Below are positions 48,714-60,375 of a DNA stretch of 64,000 nt, piece after piece (the stretch's first letter is position 1; every line of letters starts with the position of its first letter). The position numbers were made by a program, and so were the translations under genes. This stretch comes from Malacoraja senta (Eukaryota), in NCBI GenBank assembly GCA_038087875.1, contig CM075988.1, positions 8,124,001-8,188,000 of the forward strand, in the 5' to 3' direction. Under the pieces are notes generated by a model. That model saw nothing but the letters and a program-made list of their open reading frames with translations. It was not told the DNA's origin and did not search any database.

Positions 48714-48992
48714 CGGCTTCTTGTCGGCCACGCTCGGGCTGGGAATACTGGGTGTTGGAAGGTCCAGGCTGGGCACCCCAGTGTTCATTGACAGGGTCTG
48801 CTGTGTACTGGTTCTGGACTCCGAGGGGCACCACGGGAGTGCTTGCGTAGAGCGTGGTTTGCTGATTCGGGAAAGCCCCATTGAACGTGCGCAACTCGTC
48901 ACTGGCGGAGTCGATGGTGCTGTAGATGGGCCCGTCAGACGTAATTGTGCCAAACTTTTCCGTCTGAGCAATGTAGTTGGAAATACCGGCAT
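48714..48992 (-). CDS. ROBO3: Exon with CC0 (DGPIYSTID) and a CC1-like motif (TTLYASTPV)
   Basis: caatccag acceptor, G|gtgagc donor, 279 nt, phase 1-1. DAGISNYIAQT..GPIYSTID..ELRTFNGAFP parallels ROBO3 EAGISLYLAQT..GPVYSTID..ELQTFHGGFP. Confidence 0.93.
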
Positions 48993-49924
48993 CTGGATTG
49001 AGGCACAGAAGGGAATAAAACAAGCAGTGATGTTTGTAATGTCGCCTGGGGGAACCTGCTGACAACGGAGCAGAAATCAGCAATCCACTGAGTAGGAAGG
49101 AACTGGAGGTGCTGGTTTACACCGAAGATAGACATAAAATGCTGGAGTAACTCAGTGGGACAGGAATGGATGACGTTTCGGGTCGAAGTCTAAAGAAGGG
49201 TCTCGACCCGAAACGCCACCCATTCCATCTCTCCAGAGATGCTGCTTGTCCGGCTGTTGTTACTCCAGCATTTTGTAGCAATCAATTGACTTGGTAATTC
49301 TTCACGTGAATATCTTAACATAATTGGGACTATTGGAGGGACCCACTGGGTTACTCGAAGATTTCGGGGTTCAGGCAAAGATGATTTCTTGGGGGGGACA
49401 AGATACATTTCTGGACAATGCCATCTGAAGTTGGGACCTTAATAATGAGCCAGAGTACATGGGAATATGAAAGACTGGCACTGTGTTGTGATGGCACAGG
49501 TTAATGGCTGCCATTGCATAACCATAGCATTCTCATCCCATTATCCCAAAGTTGGGTGACACAGTGGGGCAGCTGGCAGAGCCACTACCTCATAACACTA
49601 GAGACCGGTGTTCGATCCTGACCTCGGGTGCTGCCAGGGTGGAGTTTGCACATTCTCCCCATGACTCCATGTTCTGTGACATCAACAGGCACTTGTACAA
49701 CCTTGGTTTGTGCTTTCAGAACAGAGCAGGAGAGCGGCAGTGACAGGGGACTGTCTGTCATGATGTCCTATCAATCATTTACAAGGCAAACTCACCGATG
49801 CAATGGAGGATGTGGGTCAGAGTTTGCTATAATGGCTTGAGCTGAGTTTGAGTTTAGTTTATTGTCACACGTACAGAAGTACAGTGAAAAGATGTTGTTG
49901 CGTGCTAACCAGTCAGTGGAAAGG

Positions 49925-50280
49925 CAATACCAACCTGATCTCCCGGTGGCTCAGCACTTCAACTCCCCCTCCCATTCCGAATCCGACCTTTCTGACCTGG
50001 GCCTCCTCCATGGTCAGAGTGAGGACCACCGGAAATTGGAGGAGCAGCATCTCATATTTCACTTGGGCAGTTTGTACCCCAGCGGTATGAACATTGACTT
50101 CTCTAATTTCAGGTAGTCTTTACTGTCTCCTCCCCTTATCAGCTCTCCCTCAGCCCACTGGCTCCTCCTCTTCCTTTCTTCTTCCCCGCCCCCCCCCCCC
50201 CCCACCCTCACATCAGTCTGAAGAAGCGTTTCGGCCCGAAACGTTGCCAATTTCCTTCGCTCCATAGATGCTGCCTCACC
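49925..50280 (+). mobile_element. Penelope-like element 3' fragment with terminal hammerhead-like motif
   Basis: PVAQHFNSPSHSESDLSDLGLLH..EEQHLIFHLGSLYPSGMNIDF, then a C/T-rich spacer and gtctgaagaag..cgaaacgtt. Confidence 0.85.
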
Positions 50281-51029
50281 GTGGAGAGGCAATACTTTAT
50301 TACAATCACGCCTTCCACAGTGTACAGACACATGATAAAGGGAATGATATGAATAATGTTTAGTGCAAGATAAAGTCCAGTAAAGTCAACGATAGTCCGA
50401 GGGTATCCAATGAGGTAGATAGTAGCTCAGGACCAGTTGTTGGTAGGACGGTTCAGTTGCCTGATAACAGTTGAGAAGAAATTGTCCGTGAATTTGGAGG
50501 TGTGCGTTTTCACACTTCTATACCTCTTGCCTGAGTTGGGGGAAGGTTGGTCGGAGTACTGTACATGAACGGAGCAGATGCAAGAAGGAGGAAGACTGAA
50601 CCCAGCAGGGAGCTTTCTGCAACTGATTATATGTCATTGGTGTTGGTGTTATTAAATCAATATAAAAACATTAAATTAAATGTTATTGAGGGTGAGTGGG
50701 ATTGTGTGAGGGTGAGGCATGATGTCTCCTCATCTCCTTTCTAAAAGTGCATCCTTTTACTCTGAGGCTATGGCCTCTGGTCCAAGACTCTCCCACTAGG
50801 GATACATCCTCTCCACATCCATTCTATCTAGGATTGAAGAAGTAACTTTCCATGTTGCTGCACTCCCTGTCGGGAACCATGTCCATCCTTCAAAAAGCCG
50901 TGACCACTGAAACACCCGATAGTCTCTATGAATGTGGCTTCTCCCACCCTCCAAGTGTGATCACTCACACATCTCTGGAATGTGGGGCATTGCATATGGG
51001 ATATCATATTCAAAAGCTACACACATCTT

Positions 51030-51353
51030 TTAGTTTAGCTTAGTTCAGTTTAGTTTAGAGATACAGCGCAGAAACAGGCCTTTCGGCCCACCGAGTCCAT
51101 GCAGACCAGAGATCCCTTGAACACAAACGATATCCGACACACATTAGGAACAATTTACATGTATACCAAGCCAATTAACCTACAAACCTGTACGTGTTTG
51201 GAATGTGGAAAGAAACCGACGATCTCGGAGAAAACCCACGCGGTTACGGGGAGAATGTACAAACTCCATACAGACAGCATCCGTGTTCAGGAACAAACCC
51301 GGGTCCCTGGCATTGTAAGTCAGCAACTCTACCACTGCGCCACCGTGCAGCCC
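51030..51353 (-). mobile_element. HE1/V-SINE-type SINE
   Basis: Reverse-complement full copy. Confidence 0.8.
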
Positions 51354-51421
51354 TTAAATCTGTCGCCAGCTGTCTTGTCTGCATTTGCAGACACTGTGCA
51401 CAAACCCATCACCTCACTCAC

Positions 51422-51570
51422 CATTGTAGAACCGTTCAGTAGCTTCGTGTTTTGCTATACAGGAGCTGGCAGAAGTTTCCTTTCCATTGCTGTTGTGCAT
51501 CAGGTTGGAAGCTGGCCACGAGTCCGCCAGCCAGGGGTAGTTGGTGACATTTGCGTTCAGGATTCCTGGC
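51422..51570 (-). CDS. ROBO3: Exon (R)PGILNANVTNYPWLADSWPASNLMHNSNGKETSASSCIAKHEATERFYN
   Basis: ttctcccag acceptor, G|gtgagt donor, 149 nt, phase 2-1. Contains the conserved ROBO YPWLADSWP motif. Confidence 0.93.
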
Positions 51571-51670
51571 CTGGGAGAATATTTCAGCAGGTGAATACCA
51601 CAGCTCGGTGTCACAACTTAAAAGCTACTGCTTGAATATTTTTTGGGGGAATGAATTGATTATATATTAC

Positions 51671-51713
51671 CTGCTATTGGTGATGCCTGCACCCTCAGCG
51701 TGTGGAAACGCTA
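51671..51713 (-). CDS. ROBO3: 43-nt exon (V)AFPHAEGAGITNS(R)
   Basis: tttcatgcag acceptor, AG|gtaata donor, phase 1-2. Similar to ROBO3 VSFPHSEG. Confidence 0.9.
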
Positions 51714-52104
51714 CTGCATGAAAGGAAAGACCAGTTAAACCTTTACAACATGCCTAAAGCGTGGCAAACACACACAACAGAAGGGTGAAAAGAGACCATG
51801 AAGTATACACGGTTTAGCCTAATTCAGTGCAGAATGCAACATAATGCTGGCACCATTGTTCACTAGGGCAACTTCTAAGAAAGGCAAACCAAAAGTGACC
51901 ATAAATCCATTCCCAATTTACAAAGGTCTGGGAATTTCATATCTGATTTCCTGTAGCAATCAATGACAATTTGGGACTCTGCCTCTTTACACTAACAAAG
52001 AGCGCAGCATACTTGTGCCTGAGTTACAGGCTTATATGTTCAGATGTAATTGTGAAAATCTGCACTCATAGAGAAGACCAACACTTCAGTGCTGAACTCG
52101 TTTA

Positions 52105-52570
52105 CTGTTGGATGAGATTATTAAACCAAGGGCCCACTCGTCCTCCCACAAAATGTCCTGTCAAAGATCTTTTTGCACAATTTGAATAAGAGCAGAGCAT
52201 TTCCTCCCAGTATCGGGCATTCCTTATACCTCAACCAACGCCACTCAAGACATTTCTTCTCTCAGATGGTGGTGAATCTCTGACATTCTTTGCCCCTGAG
52301 TGTGGTGGAGGCCAGATTGTTAAAAAAAAAAAGAGGACTTGAGGGTTATCGGGACCAGGCACGGTAGAAAGCAGCAAAGATCAGGCATCATCAGAGTGAA
52401 AGGTATGGCAGCCTTGTTGAGGTTAAGTGGCCTACTCCTCCTCCTATGTTCTTGTCTTCTAAGATACACTATCAAAATGTGGTCATTTGATATTTGACTG
52501 TAAAGCGTTTTGCCAATTCTTATTACCAATTCCTATTTCAATTTTCTAAAGGCACTTTAAAAAATACAGC
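52105..52570 (+). mobile_element. Ancient DeuSINE (SacSINE1/AmnSINE-like) remnant, interrupted
   Basis: ggatgagattattaaaccaagggccc..aaagatc..gcacaatttgaataagagcag..ctcaaccaac resembles the Deu-domain; 3' part ctgtaaagcgttttg..aaaggcact. Confidence 0.55.
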
Positions 52571-54291
52571 TCCAAATGTTCGGTGAATCTTTATAATGAT
52601 AAAGGGATTAGTGGCAGAACAAAGCAACTGTAGATGCTGGTTTACAAAAAAAGGACACAAAGTGCTAGAGTAACTCAGAGTCTGAAGTAGGGTCCCGACC
52701 CAAAACATCGCCTAACCATGCTCTCCAGGGCTGCAGCCTGACCCCCTGAGTTACTCCAGCACGTTGTGTCTTTTTATAAAAAGGGGTCTAGTTATTGCCC
52801 ATTCTACTAACATTTGTTTCTGCACATCAGATACTGTCATCAGTCTTCCTCTTGCTTGAGGGTAGCCACAGGTCCAGTTGGGAACTCGGTGGAAAAATAA
52901 CATTCCTAATTTGGCTAGTCAAGTCAAATGGACCACAGAGTCCAACGTTACACCATGTACTGGTGTCACATGTACTGGTGTGTTAGCCATTTGGAAGAAG
53001 ACCATGGGCTGCCAACAAATCGATTCAGTTGGCAATTTGAGCCTCGCATGCATCCTATTTTCAGGTGCATGTTGTTCCCGGGTGTGCTCCCAACAGGGCC
53101 AAAAGGTTGAACGTTACCTCGGGAAACAGTTTCACTTTTGCCTGGCCTCTGAAGCCTCTAAGGACTGGGTGAGGGGCACAGGCATGATGTAGCACTCAAC
53201 AAACAAGTAAGGGTGCCAGGCACTCACCCATGCACTGGTCAGCTGCACCACAGTATGCCGCAGGATAATATTTCATAAAGATTGTCAAAAGAAATGCTGC
53301 ACAGTCAAATTTGCCAATATTTGATAGCTGGATCTGTTCCATATTTTTGAACCATCTATCTTTTAGAAGGATTATTTTACCTAATAAAAATCACGATTTT
53401 CATTCTTTTGATGTTTTGATTGATCTATGTTAATTTATTTCCCTACTTTTTTCGCTCGCAGCGGTTCTTTGAAAGGAAAATCCATTTTATTGACCAGCTA
53501 TCTGCTCAGTGCTGACAGACGACCATTTTGTCATCTGCCTTCCCGATAGCTCAATTCTCCCAGCATGCTCTTAACACAACACTGACTATAATTGATTGAA
53601 GAGCAACCTTGCAGAGAAATCATTTAATTTAAAATGACAGCCAGGAATTAGACTGCAGCTCTTTTAATAGGAATGCATTAAATTTCTGTGGTTGAGGTAT
53701 TGTCTTTGCGTTTGTCGAAAAGAAAATACATCAGCATGCTGGAAACACAAGAAACGGCAGATTCTGGTCACCTTTTTGTCTTCTTTTTACCTCTAGCCTT
53801 TGTCGCTTACTCCACCCATCTGCCAAACAAACTCCCCTCACCTGCATCTACCTATGACCTGCCAGGCTTTGTCTGCCACAAAGGTAGACACAAAATGCTG
53901 GAGTAACGCAGCGGGTCAGGAAGCATCTCTGGACAAAATGGATAGGTGACGTTTTGGGTCGGGACCCTTCTTCAAACAGTCCTGCGCCAACTCTTTTCCA
54001 GCTTTCTCCTCCCTACTACAATCAGGCTGAAGAAGGGCCTTGACCCGAAATGTCATCTATCCATCCCCTCCACAGATGCAGGCTGACCCATTGAGTTACT
54101 CCAGCAATTTGTGTTTTACTCACATCTGTATTTTGTTGTGTCAAAAGTGGACTGCAGTTATTATTCTTGAGGAATATCATGACATTTGGAGCATTTTTTT
54201 TGCTTTCCCTCACAATTGTGAACTTTGGAACTTAGACTACAAGGAAACAGTTCAAACTATGAGTGAACATGAAAGGGCTGCATAACCATAC

Positions 54292-54315
54292 CTGCTGGTG
54301 TGTACGCAAAGGAAG
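54292..54315 (-). CDS. ROBO3: 24-nt microexon encoding (A)SFAYTPA
   Basis: Long pyrimidine tract plus tttacag acceptor, CAG|gtatgg donor, phase 1-1. Continues ELSHYT-ASFAYTPA-V as in vertebrate ROBO3. Confidence 0.92.
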
Positions 54316-55751
54316 CTGTAAAGAGAAGAGGAGAGAAAGAGGATGGTCAGTAGGTGGGATCAACACTGCAGAGGTCTCTATGTAACCCAGTCCATGAAGT
54401 TATTTGGCCACATTCACAAGGGGAGATCAGAGCCACCTTCAAATATACCCTCTGGCCTCTGAAGTGATGGGATAATGTCCTAATACTATTGATTGAGTGA
54501 AGGCACAAGAATTTCACAAATTTTGATTAAATAACTATTTTACCATGTTTAAGCAAAGCAGGAGGTAATAATTAAAAAAATAATAATTGTTGACACTAGG
54601 CAGGTCAACATTTAGACTCAGTGCTGAAGTAACTCAGCAGGTCAGGCAGCATCCTTGGAGAGTATGTATAGGTGACGTTTTGGGACTGGACCCTAAACCT
54701 ATCATGTGCCAGGCTTTGTCCCACCTCCACCTCTCTTCCAGCTTTCTCCCCCCACCCCTCCACTCCAATCAGCCTGAAGAAGGGTCTCAACGTGAAACGT
54801 CACCATTACATGTTCTCCAGAGGTGCTGCCTGACCCGCTGAGTTACTCCAGCACTTTGTGTCCTTTATTTTTTGCAACAAAGACGAAGGCAGTTCAAGGA
54901 TTAACGTTACCAATGAAGAAGCAATGACATCTAATTCTGCGGATAATGTGTCTTTTACAATTGCTGACATTGGATTTTTTTGGTGGGTTTTATCATGGAG
55001 CCACAGCTCCAGCTGAGCTGCACGCTGTGTTACAGAAGACTAGTGAATGGGTGAGTGCCTATCCTCTGTGTGTGTAGATTCAGCCGCGGTGTTAGAGGCA
55101 TCCTAGGGAGCAAAGTCTCTTTCATTCCAGGAAGTGAATGTTAGTCACAGAAAGATAGAAACATAGAAAATAGGTGCAGGAGTAGGCCATTCGGCCTCTC
55201 GAGCACCGCCGTTCAATATCATCACGGCTGATCATCCAAAATCAGTACCCCGTTCCTGCTTTCTCCCCATATCCCTTGATTCCGTTAGCCATCAGAGCTA
55301 AATCTAACTCAATGATCTCAGACTAACCACTAGTCGGTGGTCGGCATGGACTCGCTGGGCCGAAGTGCCTGTTTCCATGCTGCATCTCTAAAGTCTAAAG
55401 TTAGCAGGTACCTCACGAGGCGGTCAGAACCGCCTGTCCATTTCTGTGTCCATGACTGGGGGTTGAAGGGGAACAATATCTTTTTAAAAACATACGGCTG
55501 AAGTTGAACAAGTGGGTGCAGTGAGCACACAGATGTGTCATGGCCAGAGTTGCTCAGTGACCTTGAGTGAATCACTGCAGTGCCTCAGTAAATTGGAGCA
55601 GGGAGCAGCTGAATAGCCGACAGTCAGTGCCTCAAGGACTGCTTCACTTACCTGGAAGGCAAAGGGTTTAGTTACTGCTGTAATGGACAGAAAGAACAGT
55701 ATCATGCAAGCATTATTATTGTTAGACGAGAACTGTTGGGGGAGGGGGGGG

Positions 55752-56095
55752 CAGTCAATGTTCATACCGCTGGGGTGTAAACTATCCAAGCGAAATATGA
55801 GGTGCTGTTTCTCCAATTGGCGCAGGGCCTGACTCTGGCAATGGAGGAGGCCCAGGACAGAAAGGTCAGAGTGTGAATTGGAGGGGTAGATGAAGCGCTG
55901 AGCAACTGGGCGATCAGGTCGGTTAAGACGGACTGAGCGGAGGTGTTCAGCGAAGCGATCGGCGACCCTGTGCTTGGTCTCGCCGATGTAGAGAAGTTGA
56001 CAACTGGAACAGCGGAGGTCGGAGGAGGTGCAAGTGAACCTCTGCCTCTCCTGGAAAGACTGATTTGGTCCTTGGATGGAGTTTAGGGGGGAGGC
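55752..56095 (-). mobile_element. Penelope-like element fragment, GIY-YIG endonuclease C-terminal part
   Basis: Translation RCSSCQLLYIGETKHRVADRFAEHLRSV...EKQHLIFRLDSLHPSGMNID has the C..C..YIGET..R..EH..E..GMN signature. Confidence 0.88.
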
Positions 56096-56844
56096 TATGA
56101 AGTTATGGTGCCAGGGCAACGAGTTAGCCCTGCCACACAGAAAGGCCAGATAGTGGGCATTATCATACTCTAATTACAAACAGGTTTCAGCAGTGGCCTA
56201 TTCAACCTGCGTGATACTGAACCATACATATCAGGAAGCTCGCACAGGAATGATCCTTCGTGGGCCGAAGGGACTCTTCCTGTGCTGTACTGATTCCTGG
56301 TCCTTGCTTCTACAATTGAAGAACCTGTTGGTGGCCCAACCTCACCTCTGCCCAACTGCAAGAACTGCCAAGCACACACTGCAGCCTCTGGGACTGGCAC
56401 GGAGTTGGAATGACAGCTTTGTTGATGGAGGATGATGTTTGTGGGAGGTATCACATCGAGCATTCACATTCAGGAGAAGGGGGAGAGAACAGCCTGCCGG
56501 TAGTGAGAGGGGGCAAGGAGACACTCTTCTAATAGGGACCACTGAAGCTGCTCACCTGGTCACTGTGGCAGAAGAGGGTTAATGGCAACACCTGCCTTCT
56601 GAAGGATGATGAAGATCATTATAGTATAGACCAGCGTGGATATGGATGAGTTCCACCCTTTGACTAACTCTGGCTCACAGCCTGACAATTCCACAACGTT
56701 ACACCAAAGTCCACAAATTAATCTCTTTCAGCTTAATTTCCATTTGCCTGCAACCTCCTTCAACACAACAGTACTCTTGAGAATCTTGCATTCATCTATT
56801 TCTAGTTGATTTTCACTTCTCCATTGTGACCCATGCCTTCAGCT

Positions 56845-57249
56845 ACAAAGCCCTCAATGGGTTTGCCCCCACCTACATAAAAAGTCTTCTCACCCACCAC
56901 TCCACCTCTAGGCCCCTCAGATCGGCCGACTTGGGGTTGCTGAATATCCCACGGTCTAGGCATAAGCTCAGGGGCGACCGCGCCTTTGCGGTTGCAGCCC
57001 CTAGACTGTGGAACAGCATCCCCTTTCCCATCAGAACTGCCCCCTCCATCGACTCTTTTAAGTCAAGACTAAAGACTTATCTATACTCCCAAGCCTTTCC
57101 TGACGTTCTCTGAGTGAGGGCTACATGCATATATGTATGTAGTTTGTTTTGTTTGTGCTATTCTTATAACAAATGTAAAGCACTTTGGCCAACGAGAGTT
57201 GTTTTTTAAATGTGCTATATAAATAAATGTGACTTGACTTGACTTGACT
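56845..57249 (+). mobile_element. L2-clade LINE 3' fragment
   Basis: YKALNG.AP.Y...RPLRS...GDRAFAVAAPRLWNSIP..IR.A.SIDSFKSRLKTYL; AATAAA plus (gactt)n tail. Confidence 0.85.
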
Positions 57250-57292
57250 AATCCTTCTCCTCTCCATAAAACCTGCCCCAATAACTCTTTGA

Positions 57293-57521
57293 GAGACACA
57301 AAATGCTGGAGTAACTCAGCGGATCAGGCAGCATCTCTGGAGGAAAGGAGCATGTGACGTTTCAGGTCAGAAACCTTCTTCAGACTCGAATCTGAAGAAA
57401 GATTCCGACCCAAAACATCATCTACTCCTTTTCACCAGAGATTCTGCCTGACCCGCTGAGTTACTCCAGCATTTTGTGTCTATCTTCGGTGCAAACCAGC
57501 ATCTGCGGTTCCTTCCTGCAC
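57293..57521. mobile_element. PLE-terminus fold-back element
   Basis: Inverted arms; ATAACTC near both flanks. Confidence 0.8.
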
Positions 57522-57615
57522 CGATAACTCGTCGCATGGCTCACTGCCATGCGTTTCTATGAAGAGCCTTGGGCCCAGCACAAATGCCAGTTGTTGATGT
57601 AGTTTCCCTCCTCAC

Positions 57616-57810
57616 CAGTGTAGTGACTGAGCTCCTTCCTCTTCTTTCGTCGGCAGTAGAGCCACACGCTGAAGCCCATCAGGATGACCCAGCATGCCCC
57701 TCCAATGCCAGCAATAAATGCCGGCTTCTTCACCACGTCCGTTATCTGCTCCGCCAGGCTGACATTTTCTGTGTCCTCCACAGGAACTGACTCCTGGTCC
57801 GAAGGGAGAC
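57616..57810 (-). CDS. ROBO3: Roundabout receptor exon: juxtamembrane, transmembrane helix and stop-transfer ([64 protein letters not shown])
   Basis: Acceptor ctgtccccag and donor G|gtgag; 195 nt, phase 1-1. The hydrophobic segment and the RKELSHYT ending match ROBO3 (ROBO2 has KGLSNYA here). Confidence 0.93.
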
Positions 57811-58034
57811 CTGGGGACAGATGAACAGGTTAGAAGAGACTCCAAAGTGCCCCAAAAATAAAGCCATTTTTAATTCAAAGTAAACTGTCAAAAATTTGAA
57901 TTGGGCACTGATGTGAAGGAAATGTTAGCCTACTGACCGCTATGTCAATAGTCTACTGACCTCCCAAAACCAATTTCTGCTTAACTTCTACCTTGAAATG
58001 TTACCTTTTTCCTGTATGTTTAGGAACTCCCACC

Positions 58035-58410
58035 TGATAGAAATGTATACAATTATGAGAGGTACAGATAGGGTAAACAGTCAGAACCTTTTTTCAGAGG
58101 ATGGAAATGTCAAAGACTAGAGGGCATAGGTTTAAGGTGAGAGAGACAACGTTCGAAAGAGATATGTGGGGCAAGTTTTTTTACACAGATTGAAGGGTGC
58201 CTGTAATGTGTTGACAGGGGTGGAGGTGGAGGCAGGTACAACAATGGCCTTTAAGAAGCTTTTAGATACAGACATGTATATACAGTGATTGGGAGGGTCA
58301 TGGATTGTGTATAGTCAAAGGAGATTAGTTTACCATGGCATCATGTTAAGCACAGGCATTGAGGGCCGAAGGGTCTTAGTCTGTGCTGTACGGTTCTATG
58401 CTCTATGCTA
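58035..58410 (+). mobile_element. CR1-type LINE 3' fragment
   Basis: gactagagggcataggtttaaggtgagag.. and the CR1 3' tail. Confidence 0.75.
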
Positions 58411-58819
58411 AATGCTCCCATTTCCTCTGGTCCATAATTCCAAATTATAGAATCAAATATTTTATGAGAGAAAGGGACCATCATTCAACCGATTAGATTT
58501 AGCACCCTGCCTAATTACATATTCCAGCACAGGATATATACCTTGCAGTTCTCAGGTCTTTAAATACATGTCAGAGTTGCTTAAATGTGGTGAGATTTTT
58601 GCCTCGACCACCATTTCAGTCAGTGAGCTTCTGACCTATAGCCTCACCCCTCAGCTATTCTTCTCGTGCTACTACCATTTACTTTGAATCTTTGCCTCCT
58701 TGGTTTCTGAGGCCCATGCTCATGGGAATAGGGTTTGTTTTCCATCAATCTATTTCAGTGTTGCATCATTTTGTACACCTCATCTAAGTTCAACAAAGGC
58801 TTCTTTTCATTAACCATCA

Positions 58820-59032
58820 AGGGCCTGTCCCACTTGGGCGTCATTTGCGCGACATCATTTATGCGTCACGACGCGCGCATGGCGTGCATTACGCGCGCAT
58901 GGCGCGTGGGGAGGCGTGGTGGCGTAGGCAGTGACGCGCGGTCACGCGCAGCGCCCCAGGATTTGGGGATTCACAAAATCTTTGCGCGCCACCTGCTTGA
59001 CGCGCATATGACGCCCAAGTGGAACAGGCCCT
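58820..59032. mobile_element. Harbinger-like MITE
   Basis: AGGGCCTGTCCCACTTGGGCGTCAT / ATGACGCCCAAGTGGAACAGGCCCT, TCA TSD at 58817-19 and 59033-35. Confidence 0.85.
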
Positions 59033-60196
59033 TCAGGCTCTTGAACCACCCTGCCCAAACCCAGCTCAGCACCAAACTGCCAAGGACAATGCACTGAATA
59101 TTTCCGCTTGCACTATTAGGGTTTGGTTCAGTTCAGTTCAGTTTGGTTTATTGTCACGTGTAATGAGGTACAGTGAAAAGCTTTTGTTGCATGTTAACCG
59201 GTCAACGTAAAGACAATACATGATTACAATCGGGACATTTACAGTGTATAGATACATGATAAGGAAATAACGTTTAATGCAAGGTAAAGCCAGTAAAGTC
59301 TGATTAAAAATAGTCCGATGGTCACCAATGAAGTATATAGTAGTTCAGGACTGCTCTCTGGTTGTGGTAGGATAACAGCTGGGAAGAAACAGCCCCAAGC
59401 AAGAATAGCAGCCAATTTATGGTATTATTGTTTGTTGTCTCTTTATTTGTTGTGTTGTTGTGTTTAATTTGCCTGTGAAGCTGCACTAACTAAGAATGCC
59501 ATTGTTTTGGTCCAGATGCATATAACATTTCAATACACTTAACTCTCCCCTCAGCCTGTTCTGTTCCAAAGAAAATAAAACTGGAATTGAAGAAGAGGTG
59601 ACACAGTGGTGTAGAAGGAGGGGCCGCATCTTTACAGTTTCACACTCCTGGATTCAGAGCCTGTGGCGAATTTGTACATTTTCCCTGTGACTGTGTGGGA
59701 CACCCCCCTGATAGTCTGGTTTCCTCCCTCATCCCAAAGATGTGCAGGTTGTGACATTATTTGGCCTCTGTAAATGATTCTTCATGTGTTGGTGAGTGGT
59801 AGGATATGGGGGAGTTGATGGGAATGTGGGGAGCATAAATAGGGTATGCTTCGAGTAAAATGGGCGCTCGCTGATTGATATGGGTTTGGAGGCCAAAGGG
59901 GCTGATTCTGCACTAATTCTCTCTTGGAATCTGGGAAAGTTTCAGCATATCCCTGGAGACCACTGGCTTAGTCTTTAGACTTGAGAGATATAGTGCAGAA
60001 TACAGCTATTTAGCACACCGAGTTCGCGCTGGCCAGCATTCACCCCTTACACTATCCTACACACTAGGGACAATTTACAATTTTACTGAAGCCAATTATC
60101 CTACAAACCTGCTCGTTTTTGGAGTGTGGGAGGACACTGGAGGACCCACAGAAAACCCACGAGGTCACAGGGTAAACATACAAATTCCATACAGAC

Positions 60197-60375
60197 CTTT
60201 GGTTGTTTAAGAAATAAGTGCAGATGCTGGAAAAATCGAAGGTAGACAAAAATGCTGGAGACACTCAGCGGGTGAGGCAGCATCTATGGAGAAGGGTCTC
60301 GACCCGAAACGTCGCCTATTCCTTCTCTCCACAAGATGCTGCCTCACCTGCTGAGTTTCTCGAGCATTTTTGTCT
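60197..60375. mobile_element. PLE-terminus fold-back element inserted into a SINE
   Basis: AA(T/C)TCCATACAGAC duplicated at 60183-96 and 60376-89; the SINE resumes after it. Confidence 0.8.

Noticed and set aside
51099..51635. 178-aa plus-strand ORF
   Set aside because: Made of a reverse SINE plus the antisense of a ROBO3 exon.
57557..57781. Assignment as ROBO2 or ROBO1
   Set aside because: The TM segment resembles ROBO2, but ELSHYT-ASFAYTPA-VAFPH, AGISNYIAQT, WCPPLPER, PYRR and PYSKPTFL are ROBO3-type.
594..60375. Recurring palindromes as a CRISPR array or bacterial REP elements
   Set aside because: Dispersed, no repeat-spacer periodicity, no cas genes, vertebrate context; explained by PLE termini and MITEs.
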